Of a stretch of DNA of 64,000 nt, positions 10,378-20,585 are shown one piece after another (position 1 is the first letter of the stretch; each line of letters begins with the position of its first letter). This DNA comes from an uncultured Gemmatimonadales bacterium (GTDB taxonomy: Bacteria; Gemmatimonadota; Gemmatimonadetes; Longimicrobiales; RSA9). The stretch lies in contig OY970192.1 of assembly GCA_963708135.1 (NCBI GenBank), forward strand, positions 2,944,001 through 3,008,000, in the 5' to 3' direction. Position numbers and translations under genes: made by a program. Below the pieces are notes generated by a model. That model searched no databases. It was not told the origin of the DNA and worked only from the letters and a program-made list of their open reading frames with translations.

Positions 10378-11063
10378 ACGTTTCCAGGACCGTCCCGGTG
10401 AACGCGCCCCCCGACACCGTATGGAGCTACATCGTCCGGCCGGAGCGAATCGTCGGCTGCCTCCCGGGCGCGACCCTCGTCTCGTCCTCCGAGGACGGAC
10501 GCCGCCACGAGGGCACGGTGAGCGTGGCGGTCGGACCGCTCGCCGTCGCCTACAAGGGAACGGCCGAGTTCGTCGAGGTGGATGACGCCGCGCGACGGCT
10601 GCGCGTGGAGGCCAAGGGGCGCGAGAAGACCGGCGCCGGAATGGTCTCCATGACCATGACGGCCGAGGTTGCGCCGCGGGATGGCGGCAGCGAGGTGCGG
10701 GTCGACGCCGCCGTGCAGCTCGCCGGCAGGATCGTCGCCTTCGGCCGCGGCATGGTGGACGCCGTCATGGAGGAGGTCCTCGACGAGTTCGCCACCTGCC
10801 TGTCGGCGAGGCTGGAGGGGGAGGTCCCGCAGGGCGGCGCGGCAGAAGACGGGGTGGCGGAAGGCGGGGAGGCAGAAGCCGGCGCGACGGCCGGATCGGT
10901 GGCAAGCCGAGCCGCGGGTCCGGCAAACAGCATCGCGGCGGGGGGCCCGGCGGGCGTGCCAGCGTCGCCGCCGCCGGCTCGCCCCGCAAAGCCCGTCGGC
11001 CTGGTCGGTCTGCTCCTGCGGGCGCTGCGCACCAGGCTCCGGCGCCTCTTCGGCGGACGGTGA
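10365..11063 (+). CDS. coxG: CoxG/SRPBCC family protein
   Basis: PERIVGCLPGA, VAVGPL..YKG, AKGREKTGAG and LAGRIVAFGRG; C-terminal amphipathic anchor; cox context. Confidence 0.85.
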   Translation: MANVNVSRTVPVNAPPDTVWSYIVRPERIVGCLPGATLVSSSEDGRRHEGTVSVAVGPLAVAYKGTAEFVEVDDAARRLRVEAKGREKTGAGMVSMTMTAEVAPRDGGSEVRVDAAVQLAGRIVAFGRGMVDAVMEEVLDEFATCLSARLEGEVPQGGAAEDGVAEGGEAEAGATAGSVASRAAGPANSIAAGGPAGVPASPPPARPAKPVGLVGLLLRALRTRLRRLFGGR

Positions 11064-11434
11064 TGCCGACCGCCCGCAGGCCGCCCTGGTCCGTCCTCGC
11101 CGTCGGGGTGCTGTTCCTCGCGCTCGGCTGCTTCGACGCCTGGCTCGGGTTTGCGCCTCTCTTCCGCACCGCCGGACCCGGCGCCGCCGCCCGATTCGCC
11201 GGCGACGATGCGGTCGTCGTCGCCCTCGGCCTCGTGGCGCTGACCGGCGGCGCCTTCCTCCTTTACGGCCGCAACTGGGCGCGCTGGCTGCTCGCGGCGT
11301 GGATGGCGTTTCACGTCGCCAACAGCGTCGGGGACCGCCCCAAGCTGGCCGTACATGCAGTGATCTTCGGCATCATCCTCCTCCTGCTCTTCCGCCCGGG
11401 CGTCGGTGCCTGGTTCAGGCCGCAGGTGGAATAG
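11060..11434 (+). CDS. Small integral membrane protein
   Basis: About four hydrophobic segments with NWARW motif; GTGA overlap with coxG. Confidence 0.7.
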   Translation: MMPTARRPPWSVLAVGVLFLALGCFDAWLGFAPLFRTAGPGAAARFAGDDAVVVALGLVALTGGAFLLYGRNWARWLLAAWMAFHVANSVGDRPKLAVHAVIFGIILLLLFRPGVGAWFRPQVE

Positions 11435-11601
11435 GGAGGCGTGCGGCGGCCGCGCGTCGGGAAAATGCTGCACGCATGCAGCCTTGCCGGGACGAGAGCG
11501 GGATTTGCCGGAATTATTCGGTCGAGGGCAGCACGCATCCCGAGCCGCTCTCACGCGTGCTGCCCCGCACTCTCCCACTCTGACGCCAGCACCGCGAACG
11601 C

Positions 11602-12840
11602 CTACCACCCGCCCGCCGCCTCCACCAGCTGCGCCACGCTCGCCAGGTCGTGCACCGGCCGCATCTCGTCAACCTCGCCGATGAGCGCGCGCACGCCGGC
11701 GGCCTTCGGCTCGAAGCCGTCGTAGCGGAGCAGCGGGTTCAGCCAGAGAAGCCGACGGCACGAGCGACGCAGCCGCGCCGCCTCCCGCGCGATGCCCTGT
11801 GCGCCCTCGCGGTCCAGTCCATCCGTGATCAGCAGCACGACCGCGCCTCGCCCCAGCACCCGCCGCGACCACCGACGGTTGAAGATCGCCAGGCTCGCGC
11901 CGATGCGGGTGCCGCCGGACCAGTCGCTCGCCGCCCTGCCGATCTCGGCCATGGCGGCGTCCACGTCCCGGTGCCGGAGTTGCCGCGTCGCGTTGGTCAC
12001 CCGCGTGCCGAAGAGGAACGTGTGCACCTGCCCGCCGCCCGCGGCCGTGAGCGCGTGGGCGAAGTGCAGCAGCACGCGCGCGTAGCGCTCCATGGAGCCG
12101 GAGATGTCGAGCAGCAGCACGATGTCCAGCGGCCGGCTGCCGCGGCGGCTTCGCTCCAGCGGGATGGCGCCGTGGCCGGACCGGAGCGACGCCCGGAGCG
12201 TCCGCCTGAGGTCCACCCGCTCGCCGTGCGGCCACGCCTGCCAGCGCCGTGTCCGGCGACGCGGCAGCGCCGGCGCCAGCGCGCGCACCGCCCGCTCCGC
12301 GGCCGCCAGCTCCGCGGCGCTCATCTGCTCGAAGTCGCGCGTGCGGGAGACCTCGCGGTCCGACCAGGCCAGGATGCGGTCGACGGGGGGGCGGGTGCGC
12401 GGGGGCGCGGCGGGCCGGCGCTGCCGCAGCGCATCGTCCGCGCCGAGCCGGCGCTCGCCCGGCCGCGGCGCGGGCGGCCGCGCGACGCGCGCCGCGGCCT
12501 CGGCGAGGAGGGCGGCGAGGTCCAACCCGCCGGCGGAGGGGGCCTGCCAGAAGAGGTCGAAGGCGGTGGCGAAGACCTCGTGCTCCTCATGCCTCGTGAC
12601 CAGCACGGCGTGGAGCGCCCAGAAGCAGTCGTCGCGGCGCGCGAGGCCGACCGCTTCCAGCGCGCGCGTCGCGTCGATCGCGGCGCCGGAACCGCAGCGA
12701 AGCCCCGCCTGGCGGAGCAGCCGGACGAAGCGAGTGAGATTGAAGAGGAGGGCGCCGGGCGCGCGGCCGCGCGGGATGGCCGCGGAATCGCCCCGTGGCG
12801 GCGACGCGGGCGCGTCGCCTGGCGGATCTGTTTCCGTCAT
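11602..12840 (-). CDS. coxE: CoxE-like VWA domain protein
   Basis: LDISGSMERY (MIDAS), DWSGGTRIG, ITDGLD and WLNPLLRYDGFEP. Confidence 0.92.
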   Translation of the reverse strand: MTETDPPGDAPASPPRGDSAAIPRGRAPGALLFNLTRFVRLLRQAGLRCGSGAAIDATRALEAVGLARRDDCFWALHAVLVTRHEEHEVFATAFDLFWQAPSAGGLDLAALLAEAAARVARPPAPRPGERRLGADDALRQRRPAAPPRTRPPVDRILAWSDREVSRTRDFEQMSAAELAAAERAVRALAPALPRRRTRRWQAWPHGERVDLRRTLRASLRSGHGAIPLERSRRGSRPLDIVLLLDISGSMERYARVLLHFAHALTAAGGGQVHTFLFGTRVTNATRQLRHRDVDAAMAEIGRAASDWSGGTRIGASLAIFNRRWSRRVLGRGAVVLLITDGLDREGAQGIAREAARLRRSCRRLLWLNPLLRYDGFEPKAAGVRALIGEVDEMRPVHDLASVAQLVEAAGGW

Positions 12841-13760
12841 CCGGCGGTGACCGTGTCCACGTCCCGCTCGGCCTCGCGCAGCAGCCGGGCGCCGGCCTCG
12901 CCGCGGACGCGCTCGACGTCGTCCTGGTACTTGAGCAGCACGCCCAGCGTGGCGTCCACGGTGGCGGGATCGAGCGCGGAATGGTCGAGCGCCATGAGCG
13001 CGCGCACCCAGTCGAGGGACTCGGCCACGCCGGGCGGCTTGAAGAGCTCCTCGCGCCGCAGCCGCTGCACGAAGGCGACGACCTCGCGCGATAGCCGCTC
13101 CTCCGCGCCGGGCAGACGCGCCCGCAGGATCTCCAGCTCCCGCGCCGCGTCCGGGTAGTCGATCCACTGGTAGATGCAGCGTCGCTTGAGCGCGTCATGG
13201 ATCTCGCGCGTGCGGTTCGACGTGATCACGACGATGGGCGGCTCGGCGGCCGTGATGGTGCCGATCTCGGGGATCGTGATCTGGAAGTCGGAGAGCACCT
13301 CGAGCAGGAAGGCCTCGAACGGCTCGTCGGCGCGGTCGAGCTCGTCAATGAGCAGCACGGGCGGCCCTTCGGGATGCGGCTCGAGCGCCTCGAGCAGCGG
13401 GCGGCGGATGAGGAAGCGGGCGTGGAACAGGTCGGCGGCCAGGTCCTCCGGATCCGCATTGCCGGCCGCCTCGGCGATCCTGATCTCGACCATCTGGCGC
13501 GTGTAGTTCCACTCGTAGACGGCCGAGGCGATGTCCAGCCCCTCGTAGCACTGCAGCCGGATGAGGCGTCGCCCGAGCCTGGCCGCGAGCACCCGCGCCA
13601 CCTCCGTCTTGCCCACACCGGCCTCGCCCTCCAGGAACAGCGGACGCTTCAGCGCGAACGAGAGGTAGAGCGATGTGGCGAGCCCCCGGTCGGCGACGTA
13701 CGCGCCGCCGGCCAGGAGTTCGAGCGTCTCGTCGACCGAGGTCGGCGCGCCTACTGGCAT
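12837..13760 (-). CDS. coxD: MoxR/CoxD AAA+ ATPase
   Basis: LEGEAGVGKT, RLQCYEGLD, LLIDELDRAD and TSNRTREIHDALKRRC. Confidence 0.92.
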   Translation of the reverse strand: MPVGAPTSVDETLELLAGGAYVADRGLATSLYLSFALKRPLFLEGEAGVGKTEVARVLAARLGRRLIRLQCYEGLDIASAVYEWNYTRQMVEIRIAEAAGNADPEDLAADLFHARFLIRRPLLEALEPHPEGPPVLLIDELDRADEPFEAFLLEVLSDFQITIPEIGTITAAEPPIVVITSNRTREIHDALKRRCIYQWIDYPDAARELEILRARLPGAEERLSREVVAFVQRLRREELFKPPGVAESLDWVRALMALDHSALDPATVDATLGVLLKYQDDVERVRGEAGARLLREAERDVDTVTAG

Positions 13761-14545
13761 GCGGCGACGGCGCGCCGCGCCATCACGCCGACCAGGTGCG
13801 CCCGGTACTCGGCGCTCGCCTCCAGGTCGGAGTTGAGGCCCTGCGCGCTCTGCACGATGCCGTCCAGCGACTCCGGCGCGAAGTTGCCCTCCAGCGCGCC
13901 CTCCATCTCGGCCTGGCGGAACACCGAGCGGCCGGCGCCGGTGACCGCGACGCGCACGCCGTCCGCGCCGCGCGCCACCATGACCCCGACCAGCGCAAAC
14001 TTCGACGCGGGGCTCGCGAACTTGGCGTACGCCGCGCATTCGGGGATCGGGAAGCGAACGGAGACGACGACCTCGTCGCCTTCCAGCGCGGTGGTGAAGA
14101 GCCCGCGGAAGAAGTCGTCGGCGGGGATCTCGCGCCGGTCCGTCACCACCGTGGCGCCGAGGGCCACCAGGGCCGCGGGGTAGTCGGCCGCCGGGTCCGC
14201 GTGGGCGATGGAGCCGCCCAACGTGCCGCGGTTGCGGACCTGCGCGTCGCCGATGCCCTCGGCCATGGCCGCGAGCGCGGGGATGGCCTTGCGCACCTCC
14301 GGCGACGCGGCGACCTCCGCGTGCGTGGCCATGGCGCCGATCTCGACGTGGAGGTTGGCGGCGCGGATGCCGCGCAGCTCGGCCACATCGCGCAGCGAGA
14401 CCAGGCCGGCCGGTGCCGCCAGGTCCTGCTTCATGGCGGGGATCAGGCTCTGGCCGCCCGCCAGCAGCTTGGCGCCCTCGGCGCCGCGAAGGAAGGCGAG
14501 CACCTCGTTCAGCGACACCGGTCGCTCGTAATGAAAGCTCTGCAT
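13751..14545 (-). CDS. coxM: Molybdenum hydroxylase FAD-binding medium subunit (CoxM-like)
   Basis: LLAGGQSL, QVRNRGTLGGSIAHADPAAD and ASAEYRAHL. Confidence 0.92.
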   Translation of the reverse strand: MQSFHYERPVSLNEVLAFLRGAEGAKLLAGGQSLIPAMKQDLAAPAGLVSLRDVAELRGIRAANLHVEIGAMATHAEVAASPEVRKAIPALAAMAEGIGDAQVRNRGTLGGSIAHADPAADYPAALVALGATVVTDRREIPADDFFRGLFTTALEGDEVVVSVRFPIPECAAYAKFASPASKFALVGVMVARGADGVRVAVTGAGRSVFRQAEMEGALEGNFAPESLDGIVQSAQGLNSDLEASAEYRAHLVGVMARRAVAACQ

Positions 14546-14556
14546 CGTGATCTCCT

Positions 14557-16928
14557 CTATGAGCCCGCCGGGGCCGGTGTGGAGGCCGAGTGGATGAGGC
14601 GCCAGATCTTCTCCGAGGTGGCGGGCATCTCGACGTGGCGCACGCCCAGATGGGCGAGTGCGTCCACCACGGCGTTGATAACCGCGGGCGGCACGCCGAT
14701 TGCCCCGACCTCACCGATCCCCTTGACGCCCAACGGGTTATGCGTGCACGGCGTGACCGTGCCACCGAGCTTGAACTCGGGGAAGTCCGTCGCGCGCGGC
14801 ATCGCGTAGTTCATGTAGGAGCCGGTCACGAGCTGCCCGCTCTCGTCATAGATGCCGTGCTCGAGCAGCGCCTGCCCGATGCCCTGCGCCAGCCCGCCGT
14901 GCATCTGGCCCTCGACGATCATCGGGTTGACCACCACCCCGACGTCATCCGCGCAGGCGACGCCGACCAGCTCCACGACGCCGGTCTCCGGATCGATCTC
15001 GACCTCCGCCACGTGCGCGCCCGCCGGGTAGGTGAAGTTCGGCGGGTCGTAGAAGGCCGTCTCGTGGAGGCCGGGCTCGAGGCCTTCCGGATAGTTGTGC
15101 GGCACGTACGCCGTGAGCGCGACCTCGCCCAGCGACTTCGTGCGGTCCGTGCCCGCCACGCGGAAGGTGCCGTGCTCGTACTCGATGTCGTCCACCGACG
15201 CCTCGAGCATGTGCGCGGCGATCTTCTTCCCCTTCTCGATCACCTTCTGCATGGCCTTGTAGATGGCGCTGCCGCCGACCGCGAGCGAGCGCGAGCCGTA
15301 GGTGCCCATGCCGAAGGGACCGCGGTCGGAGTCGCCGTGGACCACCTCGACCTGGTCTATCGGCACGCCGAGCTGGTCCGAGACGAGCTGCGCGAACGTG
15401 GTCTCGTGCCCCTGGCCATGGCTGTGGCTGGCGGTGAACACCGTGACGGAGCCGGTCGGGTTCACGCGCACCTCGGCCGACTCGTAGAGCCCCGCCCGCG
15501 CGCCCAGCGCGCCGGCCAGGGCGGACGGCGCGAGGCCGCACGCCTCGATGAAGGTGGAGAGGCCGATGCCGCGCAGCTTGCCGCGCTGCTTCGCCTCCGC
15601 CCGGCGCGCCTCGAAGCCGGCGTAGTCGGCGAGCTCGAGGGCCAGGTCGAGGGTGGCGTGGTAGTCGCCGGTGTCGTACGCGACTGCCACCGGCGTCTGG
15701 TAGGGGAACTCGGTGATGAAGTTCTTGCGCCGGATCTCGACCGGGCTCATGCCGAGCTCCCGGGCCGCCATGTCCACCAGCCGCTCGATGATGAACGCCG
15801 TCTCCGGCCGGCCGGCGCCGCGGTACGCGTCCACCGGCGCGGTGTTGGTGAAGACGCCGCGCAGGTTCAGGTAGATCGCCGGCGTCGTGTAGCAGCCGGC
15901 GAACAGCGGGCCGTGCAGGTAGGTCGGAATCACCGAGCCGAAGGTCGAGAGGTAGGCGCCCAGGTTCGCGCTGGTGTCCACCCGCAAGGCGACGAACCTT
16001 CCGTCCGCATCCAGGCCCAGCTCCGCGTGCGTCACGTGATCCCGCCCGTGCGCGTCCGCCTGGAACGACTCCGTCCGCCGGGCCGTCCACTTCACGGGGC
16101 GCCCCAGCTTCCGCGCCGCCCACGTCACGGCGATCTCCTCCGGGTAGAGCGGGATCTTGGAGCCGAAGCCGCCGCCCATGTCCGGCGAGATCACGCGCAC
16201 CTTGCTCTCCGGCAGCCCGAACACGAACGCGGCCACGAGCAGCCGGGCGAGGTGCGGGTTCTGGCTCGTGACGTAGAGCGTCGTCTGGTCGGAGGCGGAG
16301 TCGTACTCCGCCAGCGCGGCGCGCGGCTCGATGGCGTTCGGGATCATGCGCTGGTTGACGAGGTCGATGGTCACTACTTTCGCGGCCTTCGCCATGGCCG
16401 CGTCAGTGGCCGCGCGGTCCCCGATCTCCCAGTCGAAGCAGAGGTTGCCCGCCGCGGCGTCGTGCACGAGCGGCGCGCCCGGGGCCTGCGCCGAGCGGAC
16501 ATCCGCCACCACCGGCAGGTCCTCGTAGTCCACCTCGACCAGCTGCGCCGCCGCGGCCGCGTTCGCCTTCGTGTCCGCGATCACCATGGCGACGGCGTCG
16601 CCCACGTAGCGCGCGCGGTCCGCCGCGAGCGCCGCGTGCGGAGGCTCCACCATCGGCGAGCCGTCCCGGCTGTGGATCAGCCAGCCGCACGGCAGCCCGC
16701 CCACCTTGTCGGCGGCGAGGTCCGCGCCCGTGAGAACCGCGACCACGCCCGGCGCCGCGGCCGCGGCCTCCGCCTCGATCGAGGCAATGCGCGCGTGCGC
16801 GAGCGGCGAGCGGACGAAATGCGCGTAAAGCTGCCCCGGCCGGACAATGTCATCCGTGTAGCGGCCGCGGCCGGTGAGGAACCGGGCGTCTTCCTTGCGC
16901 CGCACGGAGGCGCCAATGCCAGTGTCGC

Positions 16929-16932
<4 letters not shown>
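14557..16932 (-). CDS. coxL: Molybdenum hydroxylase large subunit (CoxL form II-like)
   Basis: [42 protein letters not shown] and GVKGIGE. Confidence 0.9.
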
Positions 16933-17402
<470 letters not shown>

Positions 17403-17565
17403 GACTGCAGCTCCGGAGAGAGAGGGACGGAGAGTCCTTTTTGGCGCGCAGCGCCGCGCTGCCCTGGGGACTTGGTCCAACGGTGGAGTTTAGGGGGGCG
17501 GTGAGTCAAGGACAATCCTCAGGGGTCGGAGCCTCCTCGGTCCGCCGAGGGGGGGAGGCGCAACG

Positions 17566-17985
17566 GCGACGACCGCACTGTGGACTGCGGCACTACCGAC
17601 GACGGCACGGATAACGGCGGCACTACCGACGGCGGCACTACGACCGACGACCGCCCTGCCGACCGCGGCACTACGGACTGCGGCACTACGGACTGCGGCA
17701 CTACCCACGACGGCACTACCGACTACGGCACGCGACCGACGACCGCCCTGCCGACTGCGGCACTGCCGACAACGGCACGGACAACGGCGGCACTACCGAC
17801 TGCGGCACTGCGGACGACGGCACTGCGGACAACGGCGGCACTACCGCCTACGGCACTGCGGACGACGGCACTACGGACTACGGCGGCACTACCGACTACG
17901 GCACTGCGGACGACGGCACTACGGACGACGGCACTGCGGACGACGGCACTGCGGACTACGGCGGACGCGGCACTGCCGGCTGCGG
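17566..17985 (+). repeat. Degenerate tandem array of about 15-bp units (core CGGCAC, e.g. GACTGCGGCACTACG)
   Basis: More than 20 CGGCAC-type cores at roughly 15-bp period. Confidence 0.9.
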
Positions 17986-18014
17986 CCGATCGAACGCCGC
18001 CGTCATTTCCGACG

Positions 18015-18182
18015 TTCGTCGTGCCGTAGTTCGGTCGTGCCGGTGCCAGTGGTGCCGCAGTCCAGTCGTGCCGCAGTCGGTCGTGCCGCGGTCATGCCGC
18101 AGTCGGTCGTGCCGCAGTCGGTCGTGCCGCAGTCGGTCGTGCCGCAGTCGGTCGTGCCGCAGTCGGTCGTGCCGCAGTCGGC
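18015..18182 (-). repeat. Tandem 15-bp array in inverted orientation (GTCGGTCGTGCCGCA on + strand)
   Basis: About 5 perfect units plus several degenerate ones; the reverse complement has the same GCGGCACGAC core. Confidence 0.92.
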
Positions 18183-18392
18183 AGTTGCCAGGGGTTCGCG
18201 CCCTCCCGGGAACCCTCCGGCTCCCTCACTCCATTTCCGACCTCGTAGAGGCCGGCAGTCCTCGGGAAAAGGGGACTGGCCGAACAGACGCCCGCGGTGA
18301 AATCCATCCGCCGGCGGGACCCCGCCGGAAGCGCCGGCCTCGGAATTTTCGGCCGTGCCGGGCGGGGAGACGCCGATACCCGGGAGGAACCA

Positions 18393-18773
18393 ATGAACGC
18401 AGCACGACCCACCATCCAGTGGCTCGCCATCGCGCTGGCCGGTCTCGCACTCGGCGCCTGCCAGGACGCGAGCCCGACGACCCCGCAGGCCGCGATCGCG
18501 CCCAGCTTCGACAGGGGCGGAACGCAGGACCACTTCAACGACAAGTTCACCTTCACCGGCGAGACCGTCACGGACGCGGACGGCACGACCGTCGAGAACG
18601 TTACGATCCAGGCCGGGAGCAAGGCCTCGAACAACGGCGACGACACGACCTGCAGCTACTTCACGGCCGGTGACGCGTATCTGGGCCAGTTCCGGAGCCT
18701 GTCGTTCGCCTCGGACGATGCCGCCACCGTCGAGCAGTTCTGCATCGACAACTTCGCCGATCGAACGACCTGA
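18393..18773 (+). CDS. Hypothetical lipoprotein
   Basis: RBS GGAGG; lipobox LALGAC; two further Cys. Confidence 0.75.
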   Translation: MNAARPTIQWLAIALAGLALGACQDASPTTPQAAIAPSFDRGGTQDHFNDKFTFTGETVTDADGTTVENVTIQAGSKASNNGDDTTCSYFTAGDAYLGQFRSLSFASDDAATVEQFCIDNFADRTT

Positions 18774-19006
18774 GCCCATCGCGGGGCGGGGCGACGCCGG
18801 GTGTCCGCACCGCGCCCGGCGCGCCGCCGACCCCGCGTCGCCATGAGGCCGCTTCGTGCGCGGGCACCGCTGCCCCGCCCGCGGGCGGCCGCTTCGCGCT
18901 CCTGCGATGCGGGTTGTGGGGCGCGGGACGCGGGAACGACTCGCGGGGAGGGCGGACGGGCGCGCGCCCCGATCCCCCATCCCGCGCGCCGCATCCCGCA
19001 TCCGCC

Positions 19007-19498
19007 TCAGCCGATCCCCGCCAGCAGCCGGTCCAGCGCCGCATAGCTCTCGTCCATGCCCTGCTTCATGCCGGAGCTCAGCATGCCGTCGCGCTCCTCC
19101 GGCGTGTGGAACAGCGAGACGGTAACCACCTTCGTGCGCCCGTCGCCCAGGTCCTCGAACGTGGCCGTGGTCACCGCCACGTGGCCCGGCATGCCGTCCC
19201 ACTCGAACGTCTGCACCAGCCGCTCGGGCGGGGTGACCTCCCGGTAGCGACCCTCGAACCCGTGCGCCTCACCGCCGGCGTGCTCCACGTAGCGCCAGTG
19301 ACCGCCGCGCTCCACCTCCATACGCTCGATCTCCACCGGATTGCCGCGCCCCCACCACTGCGCCACGAGCTTCGCCTCCGTGTACGCCCGCCAGACCCGG
19401 TCGCGCGGCGCATCGAAGATCCGTTCGACTCGGATCTCCCGGTCCGTGGGCGTCGTGAGGGTCGACTCGTTCGCGGCTGCCTTCGCGGGCGTGCTCAT
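19007..19498 (-). CDS. SRPBCC/AHSA1-like START domain protein
   Basis: EIRVERIFDAPRDRVWRAYT..QWWG, GRYREVTPPERLVQTFEW and GMDESY. Confidence 0.92.
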   Translation of the reverse strand: MSTPAKAAANESTLTTPTDREIRVERIFDAPRDRVWRAYTEAKLVAQWWGRGNPVEIERMEVERGGHWRYVEHAGGEAHGFEGRYREVTPPERLVQTFEWDGMPGHVAVTTATFEDLGDGRTKVVTVSLFHTPEERDGMLSSGMKQGMDESYAALDRLLAGIG

Positions 19499-19854
19499 GT
19501 GGATTCTCCTTTCGTGCGCTCAAGGAATGCCCCGAGACTGTCGAGGCGGGATTCCAGCATCTGCCGATAGCTCTCCATCCAGGCCGTCTCCGCCTCGAGC
19601 CGCCGGGGCCCCAGGCGACAGCGTCGCACCCGCCCGACCTTCTCCGTCGCCACCAGCCCCGCGTCCTCCAGCACCCGCACGTGTTTCCTGACGCCGGTCA
19701 GCGTCATGGCGAAGCCGTCGGCCAGCTCGCTTATCGAGGCCTCGCCCTCGCCGAGTCGCTCGAGGATGCCGCGGCGCGTCGGATCGGCGAGGGCGCCGAA
19801 GGCGGAGTCGAGGGCGCCGAAGGCGGAGTCGAGGGCGCCGTAATGCTGAACCAT
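19495..19854 (-). CDS. ArsR/SmtB family transcriptional regulator
   Basis: FGALADPTRRGIL, KHVRVLEDAGLV..KVGRVR; overlaps the SRPBCC start. Confidence 0.92.
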   Translation of the reverse strand: MVQHYGALDSAFGALDSAFGALADPTRRGILERLGEGEASISELADGFAMTLTGVRKHVRVLEDAGLVATEKVGRVRRCRLGPRRLEAETAWMESYRQMLESRLDSLGAFLERTKGEST

Positions 19855-19890
19855 ACGGTTCAGTTTAGGGGCGTGACGGCCCGGTGTCAA
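19846..19890 (-). promoter_or_regulatory. Sigma70-type promoter with palindromic operator over the arsR start
   Basis: Minus strand TTGACA(19890-19885)-N17-TAAACT(19867-19862); palindrome CTGAACC-ATAC-GGTTCAG at 19846-19863. Confidence 0.8.
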
Positions 19891-19903
19891 GGTGGACCGC
19901 GCA

Positions 19904-19990
19904 CAGGCACATGGGCGGGCTCGGAGGGGGGCGGGACGGGGTCGGGGCAGGCACATGGGCGGGCTCGGGGCGGGCACGTGGGTGGGCTCT
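19904..19990 (+). repeat. Three dispersed copies of GGCACATGGGCGGGCTC
   Basis: Two exact copies and one variant (GGCACGTGGGTGGGCTC); a partial fourth near 20074. Confidence 0.7.
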
Positions 19991-20089
19991 CGGAGCGCGC
20001 TCCCAGGTAACCTCGGGGGACTCGGGGGTTGCCTGGGCGCGGGCTGGGGCGCGGCCTGGGGGCGGGCTCACGAGACATGGGCGGGGCCG

Positions 20090-20390
20090 GGCGTCACAAC
20101 CCGCCAGTCGACGCGAGGCGACAAACGACCGGCGAGTTCGGAGGCCTGCGCGTGCAGAAGCCGCCGCTCGTTCCCGCCCCCTCGAACGAGCGGCGGATCG
20201 GGCCGGCCGTGCGTGCGCAAGCCGCCACTCGGCGGCGCGACGGCGTCGAGCGGCGGGTCGTGCACGCGGGCAGCCAACTCAGTCGGCCCGCCCCCCTCGA
20301 ACGAGCGGCGGATCGGGCCGGCCGTGCGTGCGCAAGCCGCCACTCGGCGGCGCGACGGCGTCGAGCGGCGGGTCGTGCACGCGGGCAGCC
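20090..20390. repeat. Array of about 58-bp palindromic (REP/BIME-like) units containing a ~100-bp direct repeat at 115-bp period
   Basis: 20173-20275 recurs at about 20287-20390; arms such as GCGTGCAGAAGCCGCCGCTCG and CGAGCGGCGGGTCGTGCACGC. Confidence 0.85.
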
Positions 20391-20585
20391 CGATCCACCC
20401 CCGGACTCCGCGCCGGCCTCCACGGCCGACTCCGCACCGGCTGCGCAACGCGGCACGAAACCCGCACGGCCCGGCCGGTGTTCAATCGGAAGAGGGGCGG
20501 CGGCCGGCTGCCCCTGCCGGCGCGATTCCCTCCCCCGCCCGCACCTCGCCACGGGCCGACCGGCTTCTCGAGAGAGGAGGCTCGC

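Noticed and set aside
2513..10508. Very long alternative-frame and antisense ORFs (e.g. 2513-5884, 6462-10508; also 44586-47930 and 52756-56499)
   Set aside because: Arg/Gly/Pro-rich shadows of real genes, expected at this GC content; no motifs.
17580..18029. CGTTD / TTALR pentapeptide-repeat protein or RiPP precursor
   Set aside because: The repeat register changes frame mid-ORF, there is no RBS or modifying enzyme nearby, and the related 8386 array contains in-frame stops. Best explained as non-coding repeats.
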